From: Candidatus Limnocylindrales bacterium
Lineage (GTDB): Bacteria; Chloroflexota; Limnocylindria; QHBO01
DNA: 64,000 nt
Direction of reading: 5' to 3'
Assembly: GCA_035540715.1 (NCBI GenBank)
Contig: DATLGA010000034.1
Coordinates: 10,580 to 74,579 of the forward strand
The translations under genes and the position numbers were made by a program. Below are positions 47,299 through 56,267 of the stretch, piece after piece. Each line of letters begins with the position of its first letter. The stretch's first letter is position 1. The notes under the pieces are model-generated. The model searched no databases. It was not told where the DNA came from and was given only the letters and a program-made list of their open reading frames with translations.

Positions 47299-48204
47299 AT
47301 GCGCTGGCTCGAGCTCAGCGTGACCGCCGACGTCGAGGCGGTCGAGGCCGTGTCGGAGATTCTGGGTCGCGTCGCGGGAGGGAGTGCCGTTCACCCGACG
47401 GCACTCGTGCGAGACCCGGACGACGAGCTCGCGGCACGCGAGGACGTGACCGCGCCGTACGTCGTGACCGCCCACGTCGAGGACGGCCCGGCGGCCGCGG
47501 ATCAGGTCGACTCGACCGAGCGTGCGCTCTGGCATCTCCAGGCATTCGGCCTCCGGCCGGTCGGCCCGCTGCGCGTGCGCGCCGTGGACGACGTCGATTG
47601 GAGCGAGGCATGGAAGCGACACTACGTGCCGCAGCGGATCGGGCGCGTCGTCGTCGTCCCCTCCTGGGTCGATGAGCGGCCGCGGACCGGCGACGTCACG
47701 ATTCGTCTCGACCCGGGTATGGCGTTCGGCACCGGGCTCCACCCCACGACGCGCGGCTGCCTCGCCCTGCTGCAGGACCTGCCGATGCCGGGCGTGGTCC
47801 TCGACGTCGGCTGCGGGTCCGGCATCCTGGCGATTTCGGCGCTCGCGCTCGGCGCGGGGCACGCCCGCGGGCTCGACACGGACCCGGTGGCGGTCCGCGT
47901 GGCGCGCGAGAACGGGGAGCGGAACGGCGTGGCGCACCGGCTCGTCGTGAGCGAAGGGTCGCTGCCGGCCGAGGCGCAGGAGGCGTACCCGCTGGTCATG
48001 GCGAACCTGGTGGCCGCGGTGCTCCTCGAGCTCGCTCCGCGCCTTGCCAGCCACACCGCGCCGGGTGGCACGCTGGTGGCCGGCGGCATCATCGAGCCTC
48101 GCGCCGACGAGGTCATCTGGGCACTCGAAGCGGTCGGCCTCCGGAGTGTCCATCGACGAGACGACGGCGAGTGGGTCAGCCTGCGGCTGGAGCGGACCGA
48201 GTGA
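47299..48204 (+). CDS. prmA: ribosomal protein L11 methyltransferase
   Basis: WSEAWKRHY...DPGMAFGTGLHPTT...VLDVGCGSGILAI. It holds the conserved position after dnaJ. Confidence 0.9.
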   Translation: MRWLELSVTADVEAVEAVSEILGRVAGGSAVHPTALVRDPDDELAAREDVTAPYVVTAHVEDGPAAADQVDSTERALWHLQAFGLRPVGPLRVRAVDDVDWSEAWKRHYVPQRIGRVVVVPSWVDERPRTGDVTIRLDPGMAFGTGLHPTTRGCLALLQDLPMPGVVLDVGCGSGILAISALALGAGHARGLDTDPVAVRVARENGERNGVAHRLVVSEGSLPAEAQEAYPLVMANLVAAVLLELAPRLASHTAPGGTLVAGGIIEPRADEVIWALEAVGLRSVHRRDDGEWVSLRLERTE

Positions 48205-48893
48205 CGATCCATCGGTTCTTCGTGCGCCCCGACGAGGCGACGGGTGATCGCTTCGCTCTGCCGGCGTCGATCCGGCGGCAGGTGCGCACGGTCCTGCGCC
48301 TCGGCGACGGCGACCACATCGTGATCCTCACCGGTGACGGCGACGAGGCCGTCTGCCGGCTGGCGGCTGACGAGTGCCTCGTCGAGGAGCGCCGACCGGC
48401 CGTTGCCGAGCCGGTGCACCGGCTCACCGTCGTCCAGGCGTTGCTGAAGGGCGACGGGCTCGAGGAGGTGGTGCAACGAGGGACCGAGGTCGGCGTGGCC
48501 GCGTTCCGCCTGGCGGTCAGCGAACGATGCGTCGCGCGCGACATGTCGCCGCGCAAGCTCGACCGGCTCCGCGCGGTCGCGCGCGAGTCGGCCGAGCAGT
48601 CCGAGCGAGGGCGCGTGCCGGACGTTCACGAGCCGGCTCCCCTGCGCTCGCTCCTGGCTCCCGCGGCGGTCCTGCTGTACGAGCGCGCGGACGGTCGGCA
48701 ACGCCTCGGCGAGGTCCGGGTGCCCGCGACCATCATCATCGGCCCGGAAGGCGGCTTCACCCCCGGGGAAGTCGAGCGCGCGGAGGACGCCGGCGTCGTC
48801 GTGGCGGGGCTCGGACCACGAATCCTTCGTTCGCCGACGGTCGCGCCCGCCGCCGCGGCGGTCATCTTGTCCCGGACCGGCGATTTCGCCTAG
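48201..48893 (+). CDS. rsmE: 16S rRNA (uracil1498-N3)-methyltransferase RsmE
   Basis: GTGA overlap with prmA. HRFFV...QALLKGDGLEEVVQRGTEVGV...IIIGPEGGFTPGE. Confidence 0.85.
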   Translation: MTIHRFFVRPDEATGDRFALPASIRRQVRTVLRLGDGDHIVILTGDGDEAVCRLAADECLVEERRPAVAEPVHRLTVVQALLKGDGLEEVVQRGTEVGVAAFRLAVSERCVARDMSPRKLDRLRAVARESAEQSERGRVPDVHEPAPLRSLLAPAAVLLYERADGRQRLGEVRVPATIIIGPEGGFTPGEVERAEDAGVVVAGLGPRILRSPTVAPAAAAVILSRTGDFA

Positions 48894-48904
48894 GCTCCGC
48901 ACCC

Positions 48905-49258
48905 ATGACGGATCGAGACCCCGACTGCCTGTTCTGCCGCATCGTTGCTGGCGAGGTTCCGTCGGAGCGCGTGTACGAAGACGAGGAGGTCATCGGCTTC
49001 CGGGACATCAGCCCGCGCGCACCGACCCACGTCCTCGTCATCCCGCGCCGTCACGTTGCGGACGCCCAGGCCCTGACCGAGGAAGACGGGCCGCTCCTCG
49101 CCGCCCTGTTCGCCGCGGCGCGCCGCATCGCCGACGACGCAGGCCTGCAGAACGGCTACCGGCTCGTGACCAACGTGGGCCCCGAGGCGGGACAGTCGGT
49201 CTTCCACCTGCACTTCCACCTCCTCGGCGGGCGTTCGATGAGCTGGCCGCCGGGCTGA
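48905..49258 (+). CDS. HIT family (HinT-like) nucleotide hydrolase
   Basis: [13 protein letters not shown]...HLHFHLLGG histidine triad. The ATG lies 8 nt after TAGGCT 48891..48896. Confidence 0.9.
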   Translation: MTDRDPDCLFCRIVAGEVPSERVYEDEEVIGFRDISPRAPTHVLVIPRRHVADAQALTEEDGPLLAALFAAARRIADDAGLQNGYRLVTNVGPEAGQSVFHLHFHLLGGRSMSWPPG

Positions 49259-49266
49259 GCGGCGAA

Positions 49267-49295
49267 TTGACCCTCACCGGTCACGCTGCTACCCT
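49267..49295 (+). promoter_or_regulatory. sigma70-like promoter for rpsU
   Basis: TTGACC (49267..49272), a 17-nt spacer, then TACCCT (49290..49295). This predicts a 5' UTR of roughly 75 nt containing the hairpin GGCGGG-tcgt-CCCGCC. Confidence 0.45.
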
Positions 49296-49376
49296 GCACC
49301 GGCTTGCGTGCCCGGCGGGTCGTCCCGCCATGCAGATCAGACGGCACGAATTCGGAGCGGGAAGGAGGCGAGACGT

Positions 49377-49556
49377 TTGGCAGAAGTCCGCGTGGGCGAG
49401 AACGAGACGTTCGAGAGCGCGCTGCGTCGCTTCAACAAGAAGATCCAGCAATCGGGGATCCTTGCCGAGGCACGACGCCGCGAGCATTACGAGAAGCCCA
49501 GCGTGAAGCGAAAGCGCAAGGAAGCCAAGAAGCGAAAGGCAACCTCGCGCGCCTAG
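49377..49556 (+). CDS. rpsU: 30S ribosomal protein S21, TTG start
   Basis: GGAAGGAGG SD, then TTG GCA GAA GTC CGC GTG, giving (M)[41 protein letters not shown]. The track ATG 49308 adds a non-homologous extension. Confidence 0.85.
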   Translation: MAEVRVGENETFESALRRFNKKIQQSGILAEARRREHYEKPSVKRKRKEAKKRKATSRA

Positions 49557-49631
49557 CCAGACGCCAGCCTCAACCCGATGACGACCGGCACCGCGGAGGA
49601 TGATCGAGAGACCGATGACGCGGAGGCCGAT

Positions 49632-50081
49632 GTGACCCTCTCGACCCGGATCGAGTCCGCCATGCGTGATGCCATGCGCGCTCGCGCCGCGCAGCGCACG
49701 TCGACGCTGCGCATGGCGATGGCGGCCGTCCACAACGAGAAGATCGCTCGCGGTCGCGACCTGACCGACGAGGAGGTCGTCGACGTCCTGACGAAGCAGG
49801 TGAAACAGCGACGCGAGAGCATCGCGATGTATCGCGATGCCGGCCGCGCCGAGCGTGCCGCGGCCGAGGAGGCCGAGGCCGCAATCCTGTCCGAGTTCCT
49901 GCCCGAGCAGCTCGACGGCGCGGAGATCGAGGCGCTGGCCCGCGCCGCGATCGCCGAGACAGGCGCGACCTCGCCGTCCGACATCGGACGCGTCATGGGC
50001 CGTCTCGCGCCTCGGACCAGGGGGCGCGCCGACGGCCGGGCCGTGAGCGAGGTCGTTCGCCGCCTCCTGACGGGCGGCTGA
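49632..50081 (+). CDS. GatB/YqeY domain protein
   Basis: GGAGG lies 5 nt before GTG 49632, giving a typical ~149-aa YqeY (TLSTRIESAMRDAMRA...LRMAMAAV...). The track ATG 49578 is an alternative start. Confidence 0.8.
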   Translation: MTLSTRIESAMRDAMRARAAQRTSTLRMAMAAVHNEKIARGRDLTDEEVVDVLTKQVKQRRESIAMYRDAGRAERAAAEEAEAAILSEFLPEQLDGAEIEALARAAIAETGATSPSDIGRVMGRLAPRTRGRADGRAVSEVVRRLLTGG

Positions 50082-50083
50082 GC

Positions 50084-52198
50084 ATGTTCATCCCGCGGAC
50101 GCTCGCCGAGCTCGATCGCCGCCCGGGACACGGCAACGCCTGGCGGGCGATCGTCACGACGCTCGTCGTGGCGGTTTCGCTGTTCCTCATCCTGTCGGCG
50201 AACATCACCCTCGGCCAGGAGGATCTGCAGGAGGGGCAGATCGCCGAGCGCGACATCCGCGCCCAGCGCGATGCCACGTTCGACTCGCCGAGCCTGACCG
50301 CGGAGGCGCGACAGGCCGCGTCCGACGATGTCGTGCCGCAGACGGTGAACATCAAGCCGCCGGCGGACAATTTGCGCGAACAGCTGGCCCTGTTCGACGC
50401 GATGAGCCGGCGAGTGGAGCGGATCCTCGGCCTCTACGAGAACGAGCGGATCGATCGATCCGAGGCGATCAGCCGTCTCATGCGCGACGCCCCGCAGCTC
50501 TCCATGACCGATCGGCTGCTCGTCATCGATCTGCCGCCGTCGCGCTGGGAGGCGATCGCGGCCGCGTCCCGCGAGGTGCTCGCGACGACGCTCACCGACC
50601 GGATCCGCGAGGATCAGCTCGTCGCCATGCGCAGCTCCGTCCGCGAGCTGGTGACCGCCGAGCTCGAGACCGAGGAGCGCCGTGTCGCCGGCAACCTCGC
50701 CGCGGCGTTCGTCGCGCCGACCGAGGCCATCAGCGAAGAGCTCACGGCGCTCGAGCAGAGTCGCGCCCGCTCCGCCGTGGCGCCCGTGGTGGTCAGCGTG
50801 CGGCAGGGCGAGCGCATCGTGGCCGAAGGGGAACGCATCACCCTCCGCCAGGTCGAGATTCTCGAGGAGCTCGGGCTCACCCGGCCGCGCGTCGAGATCA
50901 GCACCGTGCTCGGCAACGCCCTCATGGCGACCATCCTGGCGGGTCTCCTGGTGGCGTACCTGTGGCGGTTCGAGCCGGAGGTGTGGCACCGCAACCGGTC
51001 GGTGCTGCTGTTCTTCCTGGCCCTCGTCGTGAGCGCGATCGCCCTGCGCGTGGCGGCCGATCGCACGTTGTGGGCGTTCGCCGTCCCCACGTCGGCCTCC
51101 GTGCTCCTCATGGCGGTGCTCCTCCGCAGCTCGGCGGGTGCCGCCATGGCCGGCGGCCTCGCGATCCTGGCCGGCGTGATGAACCGCGACGCGCTGGACC
51201 TGTCCGCCTACGTCCTGGCCGGCGGCATCGCGTCCCTGCTGGTCATCACCCGTGCCGAGCGCCTGAACGCCTTCATCCGCGTCTTCGCTGCCCTCGCCCT
51301 CACGAACGTGGCCGTGACGACCGCGTTCAGCCTGCTCGCCCAGAGCGACGTGCAGGCCATCCTCCAGCTCGGCGCGATGGGGCTCGTGAACGCCTTCCTG
51401 TCGGTCGTCCTCGCCCTCGGGAGCTTCCACCTGCTCGGGAACGTGTTCGGCATCATGACGATCTTCCAGCTCCTCGAGCTGGCGAACCCATCGAACCGGC
51501 TGCTGCGCCGGCTGCTGCTCGAGACCCCGGGGACGTACCACCACAGCGTGATGGTCGGCAACCTCGCGGAGCGGGCGGCGGAGACGATCGGCGCCGATCC
51601 GCTGCTGGCGCGGGTGGCAGCGTACTACCACGACATCGGCAAGATGAAGAACCCGCTGGCCTTCATCGAGAACCAGGGTGGATCCCACAACATCCACGAC
51701 GACCTGACCGCCGAGACGAGCGCCCGCATCATCGCCGGGCACATTCGCGACGGCATCGACCTCGGGTACGAGCACGGCCTGCCGGTGCAGATCATCGGAT
51801 TCATCCCGCAGCACCACGGCACGAGTGTCATGACGTACTTCCACGGCAAGGCGCTTCGCGAGGTCCGCGGGAACGAGGAGCTCGTCGACGAACGGACGTT
51901 CCGCTATCCGGGGCCGAAGCCGCAGAGCCGTGAGGCGGCGATCCTCATGCTCGCCGACGGCGTCGAGGCGTCGGTCCGCTCGCTCGACGAGAAGGACGAG
52001 GAGAGCATCCGGGCCATGGTCGATCGCATCGTGGACGCTCGGCTCGAGGACGGCCAGCTCGACGACGCCGAGCTCACGTTGAAGAACGTGGCGCAGATCA
52101 AGGACGCGTTCGTCGGCCAGCTGCTCGGGATGTACCACTCCCGCATCAAGTACCCCGACAACGTCGTGCCGATGGAGGGCCGTCGGGAGCAGGCCTGA
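50084..52198 (+). CDS. 7TM-HD (HDIG) membrane phosphohydrolase, PgpH/YqfF family
   Basis: 704 aa with an extracytoplasmic domain, 7 TM helices, and an HD domain (HSVMVGNLAE...YYHDIGKM...HHG). Confidence 0.9.
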   Translation: MFIPRTLAELDRRPGHGNAWRAIVTTLVVAVSLFLILSANITLGQEDLQEGQIAERDIRAQRDATFDSPSLTAEARQAASDDVVPQTVNIKPPADNLREQLALFDAMSRRVERILGLYENERIDRSEAISRLMRDAPQLSMTDRLLVIDLPPSRWEAIAAASREVLATTLTDRIREDQLVAMRSSVRELVTAELETEERRVAGNLAAAFVAPTEAISEELTALEQSRARSAVAPVVVSVRQGERIVAEGERITLRQVEILEELGLTRPRVEISTVLGNALMATILAGLLVAYLWRFEPEVWHRNRSVLLFFLALVVSAIALRVAADRTLWAFAVPTSASVLLMAVLLRSSAGAAMAGGLAILAGVMNRDALDLSAYVLAGGIASLLVITRAERLNAFIRVFAALALTNVAVTTAFSLLAQSDVQAILQLGAMGLVNAFLSVVLALGSFHLLGNVFGIMTIFQLLELANPSNRLLRRLLLETPGTYHHSVMVGNLAERAAETIGADPLLARVAAYYHDIGKMKNPLAFIENQGGSHNIHDDLTAETSARIIAGHIRDGIDLGYEHGLPVQIIGFIPQHHGTSVMTYFHGKALREVRGNEELVDERTFRYPGPKPQSREAAILMLADGVEASVRSLDEKDEESIRAMVDRIVDARLEDGQLDDAELTLKNVAQIKDAFVGQLLGMYHSRIKYPDNVVPMEGRREQA

Positions 52199-52248
52199 CC
52201 GCCGAATCCTTGAGCGCGCGGTACCGGCCGGGCTACGATGGGCCCGGC

Positions 52249-52836
52249 ATGGCGTGCACGGTGACGTTCCACGACCGCATCGGCGCCGACCGCATCGCGA
52301 CGGCGGTCGAGCCGCTCGACGGCGGTGTCGCCCTCGCCCTGCTCGAGGACGCCGTCTGCGAGACGGTGAAGACCGCCATCGGTTCCGAGGATGCCGAGGT
52401 CGAGCTCACCGTCTGCGGCGATGCGGAGATGGAGCGCCTGAACTTCGACCACATGGGCGAGCGCGGGCCGACCGACGTCCTCTCGTTCCCGCTGCACGAG
52501 TGGTCGGTCAACGGTGGCGTCTCCCATCTCGCCGATGACGACGGGGTCTCGCCCCCGGGACCGGTCCTGCTCGGCGACGTGGTGATCGACCTCGACCAGG
52601 CCCTCCGCCAGGCGGCCGAGGGCAACTGGAGCGTGCCGGAGGAGCTGGTGCTCCTCGCGATCCACGGGACGCTCCACCTGCTCGGACACGACCATGCGGA
52701 GCTCGAGGAGGAGGAGCGCATGCGGTCGGTCGAGCGCCAGGTCCTCGGCACGCTGCACCGGCGCCACCACGAGATTGCCTGGCAGCCGGGTTCCCTCTTC
52801 GATCGAGCCGGTCATGCGGTGACGACCGGCTCCTGA
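52249..52836 (+). CDS. ybeY: rRNA maturation endoribonuclease YbeY
   Basis: TDVLSFPL...HGTLHLLGHDH Zn motif. ATG 52249 lies 9 nt after TACGAT 52234..52239. The track TTG 52210 is an alternative start. Confidence 0.85.
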   Translation: MACTVTFHDRIGADRIATAVEPLDGGVALALLEDAVCETVKTAIGSEDAEVELTVCGDAEMERLNFDHMGERGPTDVLSFPLHEWSVNGGVSHLADDDGVSPPGPVLLGDVVIDLDQALRQAAEGNWSVPEELVLLAIHGTLHLLGHDHAELEEEERMRSVERQVLGTLHRRHHEIAWQPGSLFDRAGHAVTTGS

Positions 52837-52898
52837 GCCCGCACACGCCGACGCGCCCCCGCCGGGTCTGCGGGAGCGCGTCAGACCGACGGCGGCGA

Positions 52899-53021
52899 TC
52901 AGGCCGCTTCGAGGATCGATTCTTCGGGAACGGCGAGCACTTCAGCCTCCGGACGATCGCCCGGCGCGAACAGCCAGCCGACGAACAGGACTCCGAACGA
53001 GACGATGGCGGCGGTGATCAT
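52899..53021 (-). CDS. possible 40-aa single-TM peptide downstream of amt
   Basis: MITAAIVSFGVLFVGWLFAPGDRPEAEVLAVPEESILEAA. GAGAGG lies 8 nt upstream, and the ORF starts 46 nt after the amt stop. It is below the track cutoff and has no homology support. Confidence 0.3.
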   Translation of the reverse strand: MITAAIVSFGVLFVGWLFAPGDRPEAEVLAVPEESILEAA

Positions 53022-53067
53022 GGCTGCAACCTCTCTGTCGTCATTGGTGGTGGGTCGGGGTGATGCA

Positions 53068-54276
53068 TCACGCCTGGCCGTAGGCAGCCTCCCCGTGCTG
53101 AGCGAGGTCGAGACCTCGCTCCTCGGCGTCCGACGGGACCCGGATGCGGATGAACAGGTTGATGAGCAGGAAGATCACCGCGGTCGCCACGGCGGCGTAC
53201 CCGGCGGCGGCCGCGACGCCGATGAGCTGGACCAGGACCTGCCCAGGGTTGCCGGCGAGCAGCCCGACCTCGACCGCGAAGATGCCGGTCGCCACGGCGC
53301 CGAAGGCGCCCCCCACGCCGTGGACCGCGAACACGTCGAGCGCGTCGTCGACGCGGAGGAGCACCCGGACGTGCGCAACGGCGTAGCAGACCAGCGCGAC
53401 GCCGAAGCCGATGAGGATCGCGGCGGCCGGCGTCACGAACCCGGCGGCCGGCGTGATGGCGACCAGTCCCGCGATCGCCCCGACGGCGGCGCCCACGACG
53501 CTGGGCGTTCCCTTGTGGAGCCACGAGACCGTGACCCACGTCAGGGCGGCCATGGCGGCGGCCACGTTCGTCGTGACGAATGCCAGGGCGGCCACCCCGT
53601 CCGCGGCCAGTGCGCTCCCGGCGTTGAAGCCGAACCAGCCGAACCACAGCAGTGCGGCACCGAGGACCGTCATCGTCACGTTGTGCGGCTCGGTGAGCGG
53701 GGAGATGACGCCGAGCCGCCGGCCGATCATGAGCGCCGCCACGAGCGCCGAGATGCCCGAGGTGAGGTGCACCACCGTGCCACCGGCGAAGTCGAGGATG
53801 CCCAGCTCTCCCAGCCACCCGCCGCCCCAGACCCAGTGCGCGATCGGCGCGTAGACGAAGGTCGACCACAGCACCGCGAAGATGACGAAGGCCTTGAAGT
53901 TCTTGCGCTCGGCGAACGCGCCGGTGATGAGCGCCGGGGTGATGATGGCGAACATGCCCTGGAACGTCGCGAACGCCAGATGCGGGATCGTGTCGGCGTA
54001 CGGTCCCGGCTCGCCGCTGACGCCCTCGAAGCCGAGGTAATCGAGGCCGCCGAACAGGCCGAGCCCGGTGTCAGGGCCGAAGGCGATCGTGTAGCCCCAC
54101 AGCACCCACGTCACGCTCACGAGCCCGAGGATGAAGAAGCTGTGCATGATCGTGCTCAGCACGTTCTTGCGGCGTACCAGGCCGCCGTAGAAGAAGGCGA
54201 GCCCGGGCGTCATGAGCATGACGAGCGCCGCGCTCATCAGGATCCAGGCGGTGTCTCCGGAGTCGATCTCGGCCAT
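53068..54276 (-). CDS. amt: ammonium transporter (Amt family)
   Basis: 402 aa with DSGDTAWILMSAALVMLMTPGLAFFYGG...VHLTSGISALV...HGVGGAFG. Confidence 0.95.
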   Translation of the reverse strand: MAEIDSGDTAWILMSAALVMLMTPGLAFFYGGLVRRKNVLSTIMHSFFILGLVSVTWVLWGYTIAFGPDTGLGLFGGLDYLGFEGVSGEPGPYADTIPHLAFATFQGMFAIITPALITGAFAERKNFKAFVIFAVLWSTFVYAPIAHWVWGGGWLGELGILDFAGGTVVHLTSGISALVAALMIGRRLGVISPLTEPHNVTMTVLGAALLWFGWFGFNAGSALAADGVAALAFVTTNVAAAMAALTWVTVSWLHKGTPSVVGAAVGAIAGLVAITPAAGFVTPAAAILIGFGVALVCYAVAHVRVLLRVDDALDVFAVHGVGGAFGAVATGIFAVEVGLLAGNPGQVLVQLIGVAAAAGYAAVATAVIFLLINLFIRIRVPSDAEERGLDLAQHGEAAYGQA

Positions 54277-54406
54277 GGCGTGGCTCCTGCATGGGTGAAG
54301 GGTCGTTGTGCAGGGAGCCTAGAGATCCGTGGCGCCGATTCCCACGGGTGCGGCGGCGTGGCGCGCCCGTCAGGCTTGTGCAGTACGCACAGGAATGGAC
54401 GCTGCG

Positions 54407-55579
54407 TCAGGGTGGCGTCCGGCGGGCATCCAGGCGCTCGGGGACCGGGGTCCCGTCCAGGATCGAGCGAGCCACGATCGCCGCCGACGCGGGTCCGGTG
54501 CTGATTCCCCACGGTCCGTGCCCGGCGCAGACGAAGAGCCGGTCGACATCGGCGGCCGGGCCGATGAAGGGGCGCCCGTCGATCGATTGAGGCCGTGCGC
54601 ACAATCGCCGGCCGATGACCTCGGCCTCCGCCACCGCGGGGAGGAACGTGGTCGCGCGGCGCAGCAGCAGCGGTTCGATGAAGCTCGGGTCGGGCTCGGC
54701 GGGAAGGAAGGTGGAGCCGAGCGTGCTCACGCCCCCGGCGCTCGCGATGCTGAAGAGCGACGGCGGGTCGTGCTCGGCACGCCCAGCGGCGGCGCGGTCC
54801 GTCGCCGCAGCCGCGCGGTTGATGGCGTCCACCTCGTCCTCCTCGACGATGTGCGAGGGCGCCGCCGCTCCGAGGCGCAGCTGCACGGTCACGCCCCATG
54901 TCGACGCGATCGGTCGCCAGGCACCGCCGGGGTCGACGAGCCGGGGCGTCCACGGGCCGGCCGCCACGAGCACGGCGCCGGCCACGATGCGGGTGCCGTC
55001 GCCGAGGGCGATCCCGGCCGCGCTGTCCGCGTCCACGACCGGACGAGCCGGCGAGCCGACCAGCAGATCGGCGCCTCGCTCCTGCGCCAGCGCCGCCCAT
55101 GCCTCGGTGGCAGCCGCCGGCGGAACCGGGAACCCGGTGGCGAGCCGGACCGCGGCGGGTCCGGGAGCCAGCGACGGCTCGAGAGCCGTCACCTCGCCCG
55201 GCGACAGGAGACGGGGCTCGAGCTCCGGCATGACGCGAGACAGCCGATCGGCCTGGCGCGCGGCCGCGCTCGGGTCCCGGTTGAGCAGGAGCAGCCCGGC
55301 GGGCTGGCGAGCGATCGAGAACCCGGCACCCGGCTGCTCGGCCAGGGCGCGGTACCGAGAGAGCGATTCCCGGTAGAGCGGCGCGAGCTCGACATCGAAC
55401 GGGTGCTGGATCGCGCCGAGGTTGCGGCCGGACGCGCCGGCGCCGATCGCCGATGCCTCGGCCAGCACGACGCTCGCGCCCCGGTCCGCGAGGATGGCCG
55501 CCGCCGCGCAGCCGATGATCCCGCCGCCGATGACGGCGACGTCGACCGAGGAACGTCGATGGGTCCGCTGGTCGCGCAC
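54407..55579 (-). CDS. FAD-dependent oxidoreductase (DAO/glycine-oxidase-like)
   Basis: GTG 55579 lies 6 nt after a minus-strand TATGCT. VDVAVIGGGIIGCAAA is a dinucleotide-binding motif. The first ~230 aa of track ORF 54407..56269 are antisense to pth and were rejected. Confidence 0.8.
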   Translation of the reverse strand: MRDQRTHRRSSVDVAVIGGGIIGCAAAAILADRGASVVLAEASAIGAGASGRNLGAIQHPFDVELAPLYRESLSRYRALAEQPGAGFSIARQPAGLLLLNRDPSAAARQADRLSRVMPELEPRLLSPGEVTALEPSLAPGPAAVRLATGFPVPPAAATEAWAALAQERGADLLVGSPARPVVDADSAAGIALGDGTRIVAGAVLVAAGPWTPRLVDPGGAWRPIASTWGVTVQLRLGAAAPSHIVEEDEVDAINRAAAATDRAAAGRAEHDPPSLFSIASAGGVSTLGSTFLPAEPDPSFIEPLLLRRATTFLPAVAEAEVIGRRLCARPQSIDGRPFIGPAADVDRLFVCAGHGPWGISTGPASAAIVARSILDGTPVPERLDARRTPP

Positions 55580-55648
55580 CGGCCGAGCATAGCGACGGTG
55601 TCGCACGGCCGGGGCCGCGCCGGGTCGGCGGCCGGTACCATCGGTCGC

Positions 55649-56230
55649 GTGAAGGTCATCTGCGGGCTCGGAAACCCCGGCGATCGGTACCGGTTCACTC
55701 GCCACAACATCGGGTTCCGGGTCGTCGACCTGCTCGCCGACCGATGGGGCCTGACCGGCGAAGGGCGTGTCAGGGACGGCGCGGCGCTCCTCGAGGCGCG
55801 CCGTCCGGAGCCGATCGGACGCGTGCTGCTCGTGAAGCCGCTGAAGTACATGAACCGGTCCGGCGGTCCGCTCCGCGCCGCGCTGCGCCAGACGGACGTC
55901 GACGTGACCGACGACCTTCTGGTCGTGTGCGACGACATCGACCTGCCGCTCGGACGCCTGCGCCTTCGACGCACCGGGTCGGCCGGCGGCCACAACGGCC
56001 TGCGCGACATCATCGGCGCCTTCGGCACCGAGGAGTTCGCCCGCGAGCGCATCGGCATCGGCCGGGCAGGCGTGGCGGCGAGCCACGTGCTGTCCACCTT
56101 TCGCCCCGACGAGCGCGACGCGGCCGGCGAGATGGTCCAGGTCGGCGCGGACGCCGCCGAGCGCTGGCTGGAGGCCGGCATCGACGAGGCGATGAACGCG
56201 TTCAACGGGTTCGAGCTGGCGACGCCCTGA
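55649..56230 (+). CDS. pth: peptidyl-tRNA hydrolase
   Basis: VICGLGNPGDRYRFTRHNIGF...GHNGLRDI. GTG lies 7 nt after TACCAT 55636..55641. Confidence 0.9.
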   Translation: MKVICGLGNPGDRYRFTRHNIGFRVVDLLADRWGLTGEGRVRDGAALLEARRPEPIGRVLLVKPLKYMNRSGGPLRAALRQTDVDVTDDLLVVCDDIDLPLGRLRLRRTGSAGGHNGLRDIIGAFGTEEFARERIGIGRAGVAASHVLSTFRPDERDAAGEMVQVGADAAERWLEAGIDEAMNAFNGFELATP

Positions 56231-56267
56231 CGCGCCGTGCCGCGCGATCGGCCTACGATGCGCGGGC

